DNA from: an uncultured Pseudomonadota bacterium
GTDB lineage: Bacteria > Pseudomonadota > Alphaproteobacteria > RF32 > CAG-239
Assembly: GCA_902785935.1 (NCBI GenBank)
Contig: CADAAN010000006.1
Location: forward strand, 4,309 to 68,308
Direction of reading: 5' to 3'
Length of the DNA: 64,000 nt
Positions within the stretch are counted from its first letter, which is position 1. Every line of letters begins with the position of its first letter. This document shows, piece after piece, positions 46,213 to 56,614 of this stretch. The notes under the pieces are model-generated. The model was not told the DNA's origin. It made no database searches and saw only the letters and a list, made by a program, of their open reading frames with translations. Both the position numbers and the translations under genes were made by a program.

Positions 46213-46353
46213 ATAAATTTTGTAAAAAATATCTTTTTTTGCTTGAAAAATAAAACTTTAATGATAAATTGTGCTTGAAATTTAAATTAACCCCCGTGCG
46301 GGGAATCCGCACAGCTCTTTTCTTAAGAGTTTACTTTTTTATAAGGATACTAA

Positions 46354-47364
<1,011 letters not shown>

Positions 47365-47383
47365 AAACAAAATCCAATCAAGA

Positions 47384-47412
47384 ATTTCCCCGCCTTTTGA
47401 CGGGGAAATTTC
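47384..47412 (+). terminator. Terminator after gap
   Basis: ATTTCCCCG-ccttttga-CGGGGAAAT. Confidence 0.6.
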
Positions 47413-47433
47413 TAAAATCAAAAGGAAAAATAA

Positions 47434-48639
47434 ATGGAATATAAAACAATTGATGATTTAGGTGATTTGAACGGCAAAGTCGTGATGTTAAGAGCCGATT
47501 TGAATGTACCGATGAATGACAAATTTGAAGTTACAAATACCGCGCGTATCGACCGCACCGTGCCGACGATCAGGCTTTTGATGCAAAAAGGCGCTAAGGT
47601 TGTGGTGATTTCGCATTTCGGACGTCCTGAAGGTAAAGGCGATATGAAAAATTCGCTCAGCCATGTCGCACCTGAACTGCAAAAAGCTTTGGGTTGCAAG
47701 GTCGTTTTTGTCAGCGACTGCCTTGGACAAGAAGTCAAAGACGCCGTTTGCAACATGAAGGGTGATGAGGTTTTGCTTCTTGAAAATCTTCGCTTTTATG
47801 ATGAAGAAAAGAAAGGCAATGAAGCTTTTGCAAAAGAGCTTGTCAGCGTCGCCGATGCTTATGTTTCAGATGCATTTTCAACCGCACACCGTGCGCATGC
47901 CTCTATGGTTGCGGCCGCAAAAGAATTGCCTTCTGCCATGGGTCTTTTGATGAGCGAAGAGGTTGAGGCCTTGACAAAGGGGTTGAACAACCCTGCTCGC
48001 CCGTTGATAGCAATTGTCGGCGGGTCAAAAGTATCGACAAAGCTTGATTTGTTAAATAACCTTGTCAAAAAAGTTGATAAACTTGTCATTTCAGGCGGTA
48101 TGGCTCATACATTTTTAAAAGCCAAAGGCGTTGAGGGTATCAACGAAACAAATTCTTTGTTGCAACCTGATATGCTTGATACCGCACGTGAGATTATGAA
48201 GACGGCCGAGGGTGCGGATTGTGAAATTTTGTTGCCGCTTGACTTGGTTTGGGCAAAAGAATTTGCCGCAAATGCCGAGCACAAAACAGTTGACTTGGAT
48301 CATATTCCCGAAGGCGGTACACTTCTTGATGTCGGCAATCAGACGGTTGAGCTGATTAAGGCAAAGATGCAGTCATGTCAAACGCTTGTTTGGAACGGGC
48401 CTTTGGGTGCGTTTGAATTAAAGCCGTTTGATGCGGCGACAAATGCCGTTGCTCTTGAGGCGGCCAAGTTGACGAAAGCCGGCAGATTGACAACGGTGGC
48501 CGGTGGCGGTGATACGGTTTCCGCTCTTGAATGTGCCGGAGTTGCAAAAGATTTCACATACATTTCAACGGCCGGCGGTGCCTTTTTGGAATGGATGGAA
48601 GGCAAAGAACTTCCGGGTGTTGCTGTCTTGAAAAAATAA
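47434..48639 (+). CDS. pgk: Phosphoglycerate kinase
   Basis: RADLNVP, SHFGRP and GGGDT motifs; 401 aa. Confidence 0.95.
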   Translation: MEYKTIDDLGDLNGKVVMLRADLNVPMNDKFEVTNTARIDRTVPTIRLLMQKGAKVVVISHFGRPEGKGDMKNSLSHVAPELQKALGCKVVFVSDCLGQEVKDAVCNMKGDEVLLLENLRFYDEEKKGNEAFAKELVSVADAYVSDAFSTAHRAHASMVAAAKELPSAMGLLMSEEVEALTKGLNNPARPLIAIVGGSKVSTKLDLLNNLVKKVDKLVISGGMAHTFLKAKGVEGINETNSLLQPDMLDTAREIMKTAEGADCEILLPLDLVWAKEFAANAEHKTVDLDHIPEGGTLLDVGNQTVELIKAKMQSCQTLVWNGPLGAFELKPFDAATNAVALEAAKLTKAGRLTTVAGGGDTVSALECAGVAKDFTYISTAGGAFLEWMEGKELPGVAVLKK

Positions 48640-48661
48640 TATTTTCATATTTTATCTTAAG

Positions 48662-48701
48662 AAAAAAACTTGTATTGATAAAAAACAATGCAAGTTTTTT
48701 T
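48662..48701. terminator. Bidirectional terminator (pgk / amidase)
   Basis: AAAAAACTTGTATTG (48663-48677) pairs with CAATGCAAGTTTTTT (48686-48700). Confidence 0.65.
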
Positions 48702-48717
48702 GGATTTTTTACATAAT

Positions 48718-49971
48718 CTAATAAACCGCGGCAATTTCGGGATCTTTAAAGTATTTATCAATTGCGTTTGCCGCAGATGTTGCCAATTTTTTGCGATAAG
48801 AGGCCTGTTTTAAGAGATTTTCTTCTTCTTTGTTTGAAAGATATCCCATTTCCAAAAGAGCCGACGGAATATCCGGCGCTTTTAAGACGGCAAAACCCGC
48901 AAAACGATGCGTATCATCAACAAGCTTAACCGACTTTTTCATTTCACCGACAACATAAGCCGCAAATTTTGAAGATTTATTACGGCAATCCGTTTGTGAT
49001 AAAGAAATCAAAATATCATTAATTTCTTTTGAATTTTCAGAAAAATCCATTCCGCCGATGATATCCACTTTGTTTTCACGTTCAGCCAAAGCTGCCGCCT
49101 CTTTGTCCGATGCTTTTTCCGAAAGCGTATAAACCGACAGACCTTTGGCTTTTCTATTAACAGCAGAATCGGCATGCAATGACATAAATAAATCCGCCTT
49201 GTACTTTTGCGCAATCTTAACACGTTGTCTTAAAGGAATAAAAACATCGGTTGAGCGCGTTAAATAGACTTTATAACCTTTTTTTTCAAGCTGAGATTTA
49301 AGTTCTTTACCCATGGCAAGCGTCACATTTTTTTCATACGTTTTACCATATGCCCCGATTGCGCCGGGATCTTTGCCGCCATGACCGGGATCCAAAACGA
49401 CGATACGTTGACGCGCCTTAGATTTGACCGGTTTATCCGATGAAAACAGCCAACTGCTTTTTGAAGAATCTTTGGTCGCCGTTTTTGTTTGCTTTGGGGC
49501 GCTTTTATTTGAAATCGCATATTTTGCACCGACTTTGCCTTCAAAATCACGTTCGGAAGCCACAGCCAAATCAACGACAAACCGCCAATTTGTATTTTTA
49601 CTCGGCTCTAACATAAACGCCTGCTTTATCAAAACAGGTTTTTTAAGGTCAAAAACAACGCGCTTGTCTTTGTCGTTTAATTTACCGATTCTGGTCGAAT
49701 CGATTAAATTATTTTTATCCGCGGTCAATGTCTTTTTGATTTCGCAATGATGCGCGTCAACAACAAGCCTTTTAGGCGAAGAAAGCAAAAATACTTCATA
49801 ATCAAATTTTTCATCAGCGTCAAACACAATCCGAACACTGCCGATTTGTTGTCCGATGCGCATATTTGTAATGTTTGCGGCTCTTGCAAAAAGAGGCAAA
49901 ATCAAGCACATCATAAAAGCAAACAAAAAGATATATGCTTTTTTGACCAATGTATTCATCAAATTTTTCAT
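48718..49971 (-). CDS. N-acetylmuramoyl-L-alanine amidase with AMIN domain (AmiC-like)
   Basis: Signal peptide, AMIN domain (VRIVFDADEKFDYEVF), and Amidase_3 domain (VVLDPGHGGKDPGA...HADS). Confidence 0.85.
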   Translation of the reverse strand: MKNLMNTLVKKAYIFLFAFMMCLILPLFARAANITNMRIGQQIGSVRIVFDADEKFDYEVFLLSSPKRLVVDAHHCEIKKTLTADKNNLIDSTRIGKLNDKDKRVVFDLKKPVLIKQAFMLEPSKNTNWRFVVDLAVASERDFEGKVGAKYAISNKSAPKQTKTATKDSSKSSWLFSSDKPVKSKARQRIVVLDPGHGGKDPGAIGAYGKTYEKNVTLAMGKELKSQLEKKGYKVYLTRSTDVFIPLRQRVKIAQKYKADLFMSLHADSAVNRKAKGLSVYTLSEKASDKEAAALAERENKVDIIGGMDFSENSKEINDILISLSQTDCRNKSSKFAAYVVGEMKKSVKLVDDTHRFAGFAVLKAPDIPSALLEMGYLSNKEEENLLKQASYRKKLATSAANAIDKYFKDPEIAAVY

Positions 49972-50126
49972 TGCCCATATTTTAACAATGAGATATTACC
50001 AATTTATTAAAAAGCACAAAAATCAACCCATAAAAGTTGAGCATTAAAAAAATGCATAATGTGATTATTTTGCTTGATTTTGGTATTTTTTTTGAATAAT
50101 ATCCCTAAAAGTTATAACATTTAACC

Positions 50127-50211
50127 GCGGACGTGGCGAAATTGGCAGACGCGCCAGACTTAGGATCTGGTGCCGAAAGGCGTGCGGGTTCAAGTCCCTC
50201 CGTCCGCACCA
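50127..50211 (+). tRNA. tRNA-Leu (UAG), long variable arm
   Basis: 85 nt. Acceptor GCGGACG/CGTCCGC, anticodon loop CTTAGGA, variable stem GCC-gaaa-GGC, T loop TTCAAGT, encoded CCA. One apparent T-stem mismatch. Confidence 0.85.
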
Positions 50212-50228
50212 TTTGTAAAGAGAAAAAA

Positions 50229-51551
50229 ATGAAAGTTACTGAAGAAAAATCAAAAGGTTTGATTAAAAAATTTAAGGCTGTTGTTGATGCCGCCGATTTT
50301 GAAAAAGAAGTTCAAGCACGTATCCAAAAGCTTGCCAAAGAAACAAAACTTCCCGGTTTCAGACCCGGCAAGGCACCGGCCTCAATCATCAATCAAAAAT
50401 TCCGCGGTACGGCTTTGGGCGAGGCTTTGGATAGAGTTGTTCAAAAAGGTGTTGCCGAGATTATCGACTCAAACAAGTTGCGTGTTGCTCGTGAACCTGA
50501 CGTTAAGCTTGAAAAGTTTGAAGACGGCAAAGATGTTGCCTTTAATATAGAAATTGAAACATTGCCTGAAGTCAAATTAAATGATTTTTCTAAAATTAAG
50601 TTAGAAAAACAGATGGCCGACGTCCCTGAAGAAGAAATCAACAAATCTTTGGAATATGTTGCCGCTTCACGTCGCGATAGTGAAGTTGCTCCTGATGATA
50701 AAAAGGCCGCAAAAGGTGATATTACGGTGATTGATTTCAACGGATCGATTGACGGTGTTGAATTTGACGGCGGCAAAGGCAAAGATTATCCTTTAGAGCT
50801 TGGCTCAAATGCATTTATCCCCGGTTTTGAAGATCAGCTTGTCGGCCTTAAAAAAGGTGATAAAAAAGATGTAAAAGTCGCTTTTCCGAAAGATTATCAT
50901 GCTCAAAACTTAGCCGGTAAAGACGCCGTTTTTGCAGTTGAGGTCAAAGAAGTCCGTATCTTAAAAAAGACTGAAATCAATGATGAATTTGCGAAATCAC
51001 TCGGTGCAAAAGATTTGGCCGATTTGAAAGAAAAGGTCGCCGAGCGTATCAAACAAGACTATGAAAGCGCCTCAAAAATGAAGGTTAAACGTGCTTTGTT
51101 GGATGTTTTGGATAAAGAATATAAGATTGAGTTGCCCGAAAGCTTGGTTAAGGCTGAATATGACGGCATTATCAAACAGTATGAGCATGCCAAGGCGCAC
51201 AATGAACTCGACGAATACGAAAAATCCAAAAAAGAAAAGGATCTTTTGAAAGAATATCAGGAGATTGCCGAGCGTCGCGTTAAATTGGGCTTGATTTTGT
51301 CAGAAGTCGGTGCTTTGGAAAAAATCCAAATCACCTCAGATGACTTAAACAAGGCCATTATGAATGAGGCTCGCAGATATCCCGGACAGGAAAAAGCCGT
51401 TTTTGACTTTTATCTCAAAAACAAAAATGCCGTTGAAGCATTAAAGGCGCCTGTGATGGAAGAAAAAATCGTTGATGCCATCCTTGCAAAAGTTCAGTTA
51501 ACCGAGAAAAAAGTTTCGGTCAAAGAACTTTATACTTTTGACGAGAAATAA
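50229..51551 (+). CDS. tig: Trigger factor
   Basis: 440 aa with ribosome-binding, FKBP-type PPIase (FPGFRPGKAP ... GGKGKDYPLELGSNAFIPGFEDQLVG) and C-terminal domains. The start was moved from the track's 50133, which overlaps the tRNA-Leu. Confidence 0.9.
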   Translation: MKVTEEKSKGLIKKFKAVVDAADFEKEVQARIQKLAKETKLPGFRPGKAPASIINQKFRGTALGEALDRVVQKGVAEIIDSNKLRVAREPDVKLEKFEDGKDVAFNIEIETLPEVKLNDFSKIKLEKQMADVPEEEINKSLEYVAASRRDSEVAPDDKKAAKGDITVIDFNGSIDGVEFDGGKGKDYPLELGSNAFIPGFEDQLVGLKKGDKKDVKVAFPKDYHAQNLAGKDAVFAVEVKEVRILKKTEINDEFAKSLGAKDLADLKEKVAERIKQDYESASKMKVKRALLDVLDKEYKIELPESLVKAEYDGIIKQYEHAKAHNELDEYEKSKKEKDLLKEYQEIAERRVKLGLILSEVGALEKIQITSDDLNKAIMNEARRYPGQEKAVFDFYLKNKNAVEALKAPVMEEKIVDAILAKVQLTEKKVSVKELYTFDEK

Positions 51552-51570
51552 TTTTTTCTTAAACTCAACA

Positions 51571-51601
51571 AAACCGTATGTGTGATACATGCGGTTTTTT
51601 T
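51571..51601 (+). terminator. Terminator after tig
   Basis: AAACCGTATGT-gtgat-ACATGCGGTTT followed by T7. Confidence 0.7.
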
Positions 51602-51602
51602 A

Positions 51603-51631
51603 TTGACAAAAGTCAAATAATACCTTATAAT
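51603..51631 (+). promoter_or_regulatory. Consensus sigma-70-type promoter
   Basis: TTGACA (51603-51608), 17 nt, TATAAT (51626-51631). Lies 25 nt upstream of ATG 51656. Confidence 0.6.
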
Positions 51632-51655
51632 GAAGGTGCTTAAAAATTATTATAT

Positions 51656-52186
51656 ATGAAAAATTTAAAAATTAAAAAGGGAGCCCTGCGCATTCGCCAG
51701 GCCTCTTTGGTGCTCGACACCAGAAAAACATTGCTAGCCATCAAGCTCACTGAGGCAGAAGCGTTTTCGCCTGAGGTGTTCTCCAAAAAATTCAAGGATT
51801 ATCCTTTAGGAAAACGCCTTGAATTTGGAGAAAAATACGAGGGATACATTGCCATCTGGCACCTCGGAAGACCGGAGATTAATTTTCTCCGCGGCACGCT
51901 TGAGCTTCAAACGGAGCGTGCCATCTGGAATACCCGGATCAATGAGCTCCTACAGGAAGAAAGGTACCTCCGCGTCGACGGCTCGCTGGAGTATGTTTGG
52001 GCCTTTGCCGATTGTTCATCAGAGATGATGGACACGGTAAAAGAAAAGCTCACAACAGCCCTGAGAATGTCCGCCCTCACCGGTGATGATCCTATTGCCC
52101 GGCTGACGGATGAAGAAGACAGGAACCTCAGGAAATACCTGGGGAGCTCGTACTATAAGACCTTCTTCACTGAACTGGAAGACTAG
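51656..52186 (+). CDS. Hypothetical protein on a high-GC single-gene insert
   Basis: 176-aa ORF with GC-rich codon usage (CTC/CTG/GAG) unlike its neighbours. It has its own promoter and terminator. No motif recognised. Confidence 0.6.
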   Translation: MKNLKIKKGALRIRQASLVLDTRKTLLAIKLTEAEAFSPEVFSKKFKDYPLGKRLEFGEKYEGYIAIWHLGRPEINFLRGTLELQTERAIWNTRINELLQEERYLRVDGSLEYVWAFADCSSEMMDTVKEKLTTALRMSALTGDDPIARLTDEEDRNLRKYLGSSYYKTFFTELED

Positions 52187-52203
52187 CGCGAGCACAAGAC
52201 GAT

Positions 52204-52236
52204 AACCGGCAACCTTTAAAAGTTGCCGGTTTTTTC
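52204..52236 (+). terminator. Terminator of the 51656 gene
   Basis: AACCGGCAAC-ctttaaaa-GTTGCCGGTT followed by T5. Confidence 0.7.
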
Positions 52237-52252
52237 TTCATTTAAAAAGTAT

Positions 52253-52843
52253 TTAGTAGTCCCCTCTGATTACATGATAAAACCGACAGCTATCTAAACT
52301 TGTTTCACATGCCTGACAGCCCTCAATGATATCAGACATTTTGACCTCCGTAATACCTCCTGTAGGCCAATATATATCCTTACCGCCCACCTCTATCAAT
52401 CCGCCTGTCCACCATTCAACCGGGACGGCATTTTCCCATCCTGCAGAGGCAAAAGCAATACACGATTTTGAATCGGTGAAATGGATAACAAATTCACCCT
52501 GAACATATGAACCACCGCTATCATAAAAATCCATATTCAGCGTTCCTATCGGAAGTTTGCAAGCCTCGTCTCCATTAAGATCCGTTGTTACTTGACAATC
52601 CGGTAAAAGCCCGTATTGAATTAAATCTTCGGCATCACGAATCTCAATACCTTCTCCCCAGCCTTTTTGCTCCAACTCCATAAAGCGTTGAAGAATTTGA
52701 TTATATGTGTCAATTGTTTGATTCATTTTGTATTTAAACATTGCGGCAGAATAACCTTTGAGTGCGCCCGCCGACAACACACCGACAATAGCCAACACGC
52801 CCAGCATTTCAACCATACTTCTACCTATTTCATTAATTTTCAT
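52253..52843 (-). CDS. Type IV pilin / pseudopilin-like protein
   Basis: The N-terminus MKINEIG-RSMVEMLGVLAIVGVLSAG has a prepilin-type signal with Glu at +5, followed by a hydrophobic helix. Confidence 0.75.
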   Translation of the reverse strand: MKINEIGRSMVEMLGVLAIVGVLSAGALKGYSAAMFKYKMNQTIDTYNQILQRFMELEQKGWGEGIEIRDAEDLIQYGLLPDCQVTTDLNGDEACKLPIGTLNMDFYDSGGSYVQGEFVIHFTDSKSCIAFASAGWENAVPVEWWTGGLIEVGGKDIYWPTGGITEVKMSDIIEGCQACETSLDSCRFYHVIRGDY

Positions 52844-52863
52844 TGGTTATACCTTTCTTTCAT

Positions 52864-53061
52864 AAAAAAAATTCCGTTTTATATAACCAAAAACGGAGGA
52901 GCTAACTAACTGCCATTGTACAGCTTGCTTTATTCGCGCATCACTAAAATACCTTATATCAGCAACTCCTCATCAAGGAGCTATACAATGGATGTGTTAG
53001 TTAAACACCGCAACCATTTTGGTTACATCCTGATTATTTCATACAAAAGCATAAAAGTCAA
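52864..53061 (-). promoter_or_regulatory. Leader family A, copy A4: promoter + structured leader + terminator (pilin-like gene)
   Basis: Minus strand: TTGACT (53061-53056), 17 nt, AATAAT (53038-53033). GTAACCAAAATGGTTGCGGTG starts at 53026. The terminator CCGTTTT/AAAACGG plus T8 ends at 52864. Confidence 0.7.
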
Positions 53062-53253
53062 ATACTTTTTTGTACATACAAAAAAAATAAATTTTTTTTG
53101 TAACAAAGTACTTGCAAAATTAAAAAAAATGTATATCATATAAAAAAGTGATGCAGATGTTTTTGATTTTGTCTGCACTTTGTTTCTCATTTTAACGAAG
53201 ATTTTTTTAGTATTAACAAAAGCTGCAAGGCTTTGCTTTTAGGTGTTTAAGGT

Positions 53254-53811
53254 ATGAAAAAAAACAACAACAACAAATTTCGGAACAATAACAACAATAA
53301 TATGTACAATTTAAACTATCGTTTTGACAGTTTAAGCCCTGCGGGTAAATGTTGCGGAACGGCACTTGATTTGATTAAACGCTACAACGACCTTGCAAAA
53401 GAAGCAGGCCTTGGAGGAAATTATGTTGAGATGGAAGTTTTTCGTCAATATGCCGAACATTATCGTAAAATTGTGACTGAAATCAATGAGCGCAAAAACT
53501 TTAATCAAAATCAACAGCGTCTTAAAAATCAATCTCAAGAGCAAGATTTGCCTGAACAAGAAGCTCAAGAAGATCAAGTTCAATCAGAAGCACAAGAGAC
53601 ATCTGCTGATAATGAACCCTCTCAGGCACCTATTGCCGAGCCCAAAATTTTGGTTGCAAAACCTTTGTCGCTTAAAAAGAAAAAATTTGAAATTGTTGAA
53701 GTCAGCTCTTCTGATTTAGAACAAAAGCAAGAAGAAGCATCGAAGCCGAAGCGCACTGTCAAGCGCAAAGCAAAAAGTACCGAGCAGGCACAGGAAGTTG
53801 CCGCGGTATAA
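53254..53811 (+). CDS. DUF4167-like protein (Asn/Gln-rich N-terminus)
   Basis: YRFDSLSPAGKCCGTALDLIKRYNDLAKEA...EVFRQYAEHYRKI resembles the alphaproteobacterial DUF4167 family. Confidence 0.6.
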   Translation: MKKNNNNKFRNNNNNNMYNLNYRFDSLSPAGKCCGTALDLIKRYNDLAKEAGLGGNYVEMEVFRQYAEHYRKIVTEINERKNFNQNQQRLKNQSQEQDLPEQEAQEDQVQSEAQETSADNEPSQAPIAEPKILVAKPLSLKKKKFEIVEVSSSDLEQKQEEASKPKRTVKRKAKSTEQAQEVAAV

Positions 53812-53817
53812 TTTGAT

Positions 53818-54954
53818 ATGAAGGAGAAAATGATGATTTTTTTTATCGGTATGACGATTCTCGTCTTGGCGGCAATTGCGGTTGTTTATAAAACACTGAC
53901 CGGATATATTGATTTTGCATGGTACACAAAGCTTTGTATTTTAGCATTTTTGTTTGTGTCGTGGTTTGCACCGATGTGGCTCAGATGGTTGCGCCACGGA
54001 CCTGATTTTTTGGGCGGGACTTTTTATGATGTTGCCTATAAAGCAGGCTATTTTTTGATGGGTTTTGTGCTGATTTTATCGATGCTTTTAATTGCACGTG
54101 ATATTATTTGGCAAATACTTTACCTGATTGTCAGAAAATCAGCGCTTAATCCGGACAACGCACATCATATCAATATTTTGAACTTTGTTACGATAGCTTT
54201 GGCTCTTGTTATTTCAGGATATGGTGTTTATGAGGCACACAAAACGCCTGTTGTGCAAAATTTGACCATCAAAGACGCACGTATCAGAGAAAAATTAAAA
54301 TTTGTAGCGGCATCTGATTTTCACATCAATCAGTCAACACCCGATTTTCATATCAAAAAAATGGTAGATGTTATCAACGCGCAAAATCCGGATTATATTT
54401 TGCTTGTTGGTGATATTGTTGACGATGACCCTGAATTTACGATCAAAAAATTTGAACAACTCAAAGATTTAAAAGCTCAAAAGATTTATATTTCACTAGG
54501 CAATCATGAGTATTATCACAGACCGTACGCTTGGATTATTGAGTTTGCAAAACTCGGCTTTGAAGTCTTGCAAAATTCGGGCGAAAAAATCAATGGCAGC
54601 GGTATTTATGTTGCTGGTGTGCCGGATGTCGGTTCAACAAATGTCAATTATGAGCGTGCATTTGCCGCATCTGATGAAGATAACTACAAAATTTTGCTGT
54701 CACACGCACCGACCGATTTTAAGGATTTGGATAAGTCAAAGTTAGATATTCAGCTTTCTGGACATACGCACGGCGGGCAAATTTTTCCGTTTCAATACAT
54801 CACCAAAAAAGCAAATGACGGTTATCTTGCCGGTCTTTATGATGAAAAAGATGCCAAAATTTATGTTATGAAGGGTACAGGTTATTGGGGACCTCCGATT
54901 CGTTTGATGTCCGAGCCTGACATTTTGGTCTTAAACTTAGAGCCTGAAGAATAA
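53818..54954 (+). CDS. Membrane-anchored metallophosphoesterase (YkuE-like)
   Basis: 4-5 N-terminal TM helices, then DFH, GDIVDD, GNHEY and GHTHGGQ motifs. Confidence 0.8.
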   Translation: MKEKMMIFFIGMTILVLAAIAVVYKTLTGYIDFAWYTKLCILAFLFVSWFAPMWLRWLRHGPDFLGGTFYDVAYKAGYFLMGFVLILSMLLIARDIIWQILYLIVRKSALNPDNAHHINILNFVTIALALVISGYGVYEAHKTPVVQNLTIKDARIREKLKFVAASDFHINQSTPDFHIKKMVDVINAQNPDYILLVGDIVDDDPEFTIKKFEQLKDLKAQKIYISLGNHEYYHRPYAWIIEFAKLGFEVLQNSGEKINGSGIYVAGVPDVGSTNVNYERAFAASDEDNYKILLSHAPTDFKDLDKSKLDIQLSGHTHGGQIFPFQYITKKANDGYLAGLYDEKDAKIYVMKGTGYWGPPIRLMSEPDILVLNLEPEE

Positions 54955-55373
54955 TGTCATTTGATATCAAACAGGCCATGGATATTGCCTTAAATGAAGA
55001 TGTATCAACATCGCCTGACGGGGCTGTTTTGTATTCTGTCAGTTATCTTAAAACAACAAAAAACAGAGATGATGCGTACGCTTTTGTTCAAAAAAACAAA
55101 GATTGCAAAACACTTGATCATACGCCTTGCGGCAAAGCATTATGTGAAATGGATACTCGGAGAACAAACGACGTTTTACCAGAGGCCGTAAAAGAAGTTT
55201 GGAAAAAAGCATCTCAAAGATTTATTGCCTCCGCATCCGGCAACGTAACAGCTTTTGTTGATGGTGCCGATAAGAGAAGTACGTTTTGCAGCGTTGAAGT
55301 CCCTGCTATCCTAAAAAACAATAAAATCAAAACAATCAACGGTATTGATAAGTTTGAATTTTTGAATAAGTGA
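54954..55373 (+). CDS. Hypothetical protein, translationally coupled to the phosphoesterase (TAATG)
   Basis: 139-aa ORF whose start overlaps the upstream stop. Confidence 0.5.
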   Translation: MSFDIKQAMDIALNEDVSTSPDGAVLYSVSYLKTTKNRDDAYAFVQKNKDCKTLDHTPCGKALCEMDTRRTNDVLPEAVKEVWKKASQRFIASASGNVTAFVDGADKRSTFCSVEVPAILKNNKIKTINGIDKFEFLNK

Positions 55374-55490
55374 CAATATATTCATATTTTTTTAAGGCAA
55401 AACAATATTTTTTCTTGACAAACGGACAAAAGTGAAGTATAAGCTATTTTAATACAGTATACATATGTTTCACTTAAATTTATAATAATT

Positions 55491-56090
55491 ATGGAAAAGA
55501 TTAAATCTGCTGTCAATGAAGCAGCGTTTATTCAAAGCGCTGACAGAGAAACTGTCAAGGAGTACATCTCCAGACACCCCCTCCACATAGAAGCTGATAT
55601 CCAGCTCCTTGAACGTGGAGATAAGGAACTTATTAAGCTTTACATCTCGCAGTTTTGCTTTTTGAGCAAGGCTGAAATCAAGCTCATCGAGCTTAAAGAT
55701 AAGGAACTTATTAAGCTTTATATCTCTCGCTGCGGCTTTGAGGATGAGGCCAAAATCAAGTTCCTGGAGATGAAGGATGTGGAGCTGATTAAGTTTTATA
55801 TCTCGAAACGGCCGTTTTTCAAAGCGGACATTAAGTTCCTTGAGCTCGGAAACAAAGAACTTATCGAGCTTTACATCTCGAAGTACAGATTTGAGGCTGA
55901 AGCGGAAATCAAGCTCATCGAGCTTAAAGATAAGGAACTTATCAAGCTTTACATCAAAAATCATCGCCTGAGAGATGATGCTGAGATGAAGCTCCTCGAT
56001 CTGAAGGATATGGAGCTGATTAAGATGTATGCCTTATATCAAGGCTTTTCTGTAAGCACGCAGATAAACATCTGTGAACTTATTGTTTAG
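55491..56090 (+). CDS. Tandem-repeat protein (six ~26-aa helical repeats, consensus AEIKLIELKDKELIKLYISxxxFxxE)
   Basis: 199 aa. There are near-identical 45-50-nt DNA blocks at about 55673-55722 and 55905-55953. GC-rich codon usage. Has its own TTGACA promoter (55420-55425) and terminator. Confidence 0.65.
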   Translation: MEKIKSAVNEAAFIQSADRETVKEYISRHPLHIEADIQLLERGDKELIKLYISQFCFLSKAEIKLIELKDKELIKLYISRCGFEDEAKIKFLEMKDVELIKFYISKRPFFKADIKFLELGNKELIELYISKYRFEAEAEIKLIELKDKELIKLYIKNHRLRDDAEMKLLDLKDMELIKMYALYQGFSVSTQINICELIV

Positions 56091-56109
56091 AATTTTCTCA
56101 TTTACAATG

Positions 56110-56144
56110 TCCCCGCTGCAGTAAAAAGCCGCGGGGATTTTTTT
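56110..56144 (+). terminator. Terminator of the repeat-protein gene
   Basis: TCCCCGC (56110-56116) pairs with GCGGGGA (56131-56137), followed by T7. Confidence 0.7.
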
Positions 56145-56206
56145 AACTGAAATTTATTCTTTTTATGCTTAAACTTGATGTATCTGAACTTTAAGGAGTC
56201 ATCATT

Positions 56207-56614
56207 ATGTATTTAGAACGATTTGTAAACAAAAAAGAATTTGATCAATATGTCAATATTGTGAAATTGGCAGATGATATTGATGAAGACCAAAATCCGC
56301 CTCTTCGACTTAGAAATGAGATGGAAAAGGCTTTTGATTATACCTCTTCTTTGCCGCAGGATTACAGTTTAAGCATCGGGCCTTGGGTTTTGTATGCGTT
56401 GCGAACGGATGAAGGCAAGCTTATCGGAACGATTTGTATCACCGAAGACGGGCATTTCGGCAAGTGGGCGCAAATTGAATATGTCTCAATCTTAAAAAGT
56501 TATCAGCATCAAGGTTGCGGGCGTTTTATGATGCAGGAAATATTCAAAAAAATCAAGCAACATTCCGACTTTGATTGCGCTGTTTTGACAACCGTGCAAA
56601 GCGGAAAAAATTAA
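56207..56614 (+). CDS. GNAT-family acetyltransferase, possibly truncated by an in-frame TAA
   Basis: Motif A region ILKSYQHQGCGRFMMQEIF. The frame continues for 25 more codons after TAA 56612-56614 (EKCAMNYAGT...). Confidence 0.6.
   Translation: MYLERFVNKKEFDQYVNIVKLADDIDEDQNPPLRLRNEMEKAFDYTSSLPQDYSLSIGPWVLYALRTDEGKLIGTICITEDGHFGKWAQIEYVSILKSYQHQGCGRFMMQEIFKKIKQHSDFDCAVLTTVQSGKN

Noticed and set aside
46290-46320. Overlapping alternative hairpins (CCCCGTGCGGGG / GTGCGGGGAATCCGCAC) upstream of gap
   Set aside because: The stems are short, there is no second copy to test covariation, and there is no terminator-like T-run. The evidence is insufficient for a regulatory call.
50133-50228. Upstream extension of trigger factor in the ORF track
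   Set aside because: It lies within tRNA-Leu (50127-50211). The canonical tig N-terminus (MKVTEEK...) starts at 50229.
55470-55964. 164-aa antisense ORF across the tandem-repeat gene
   Set aside because: It is a mirror image of the repeats. The plus-strand ORF has the promoter, the start context and the terminator.
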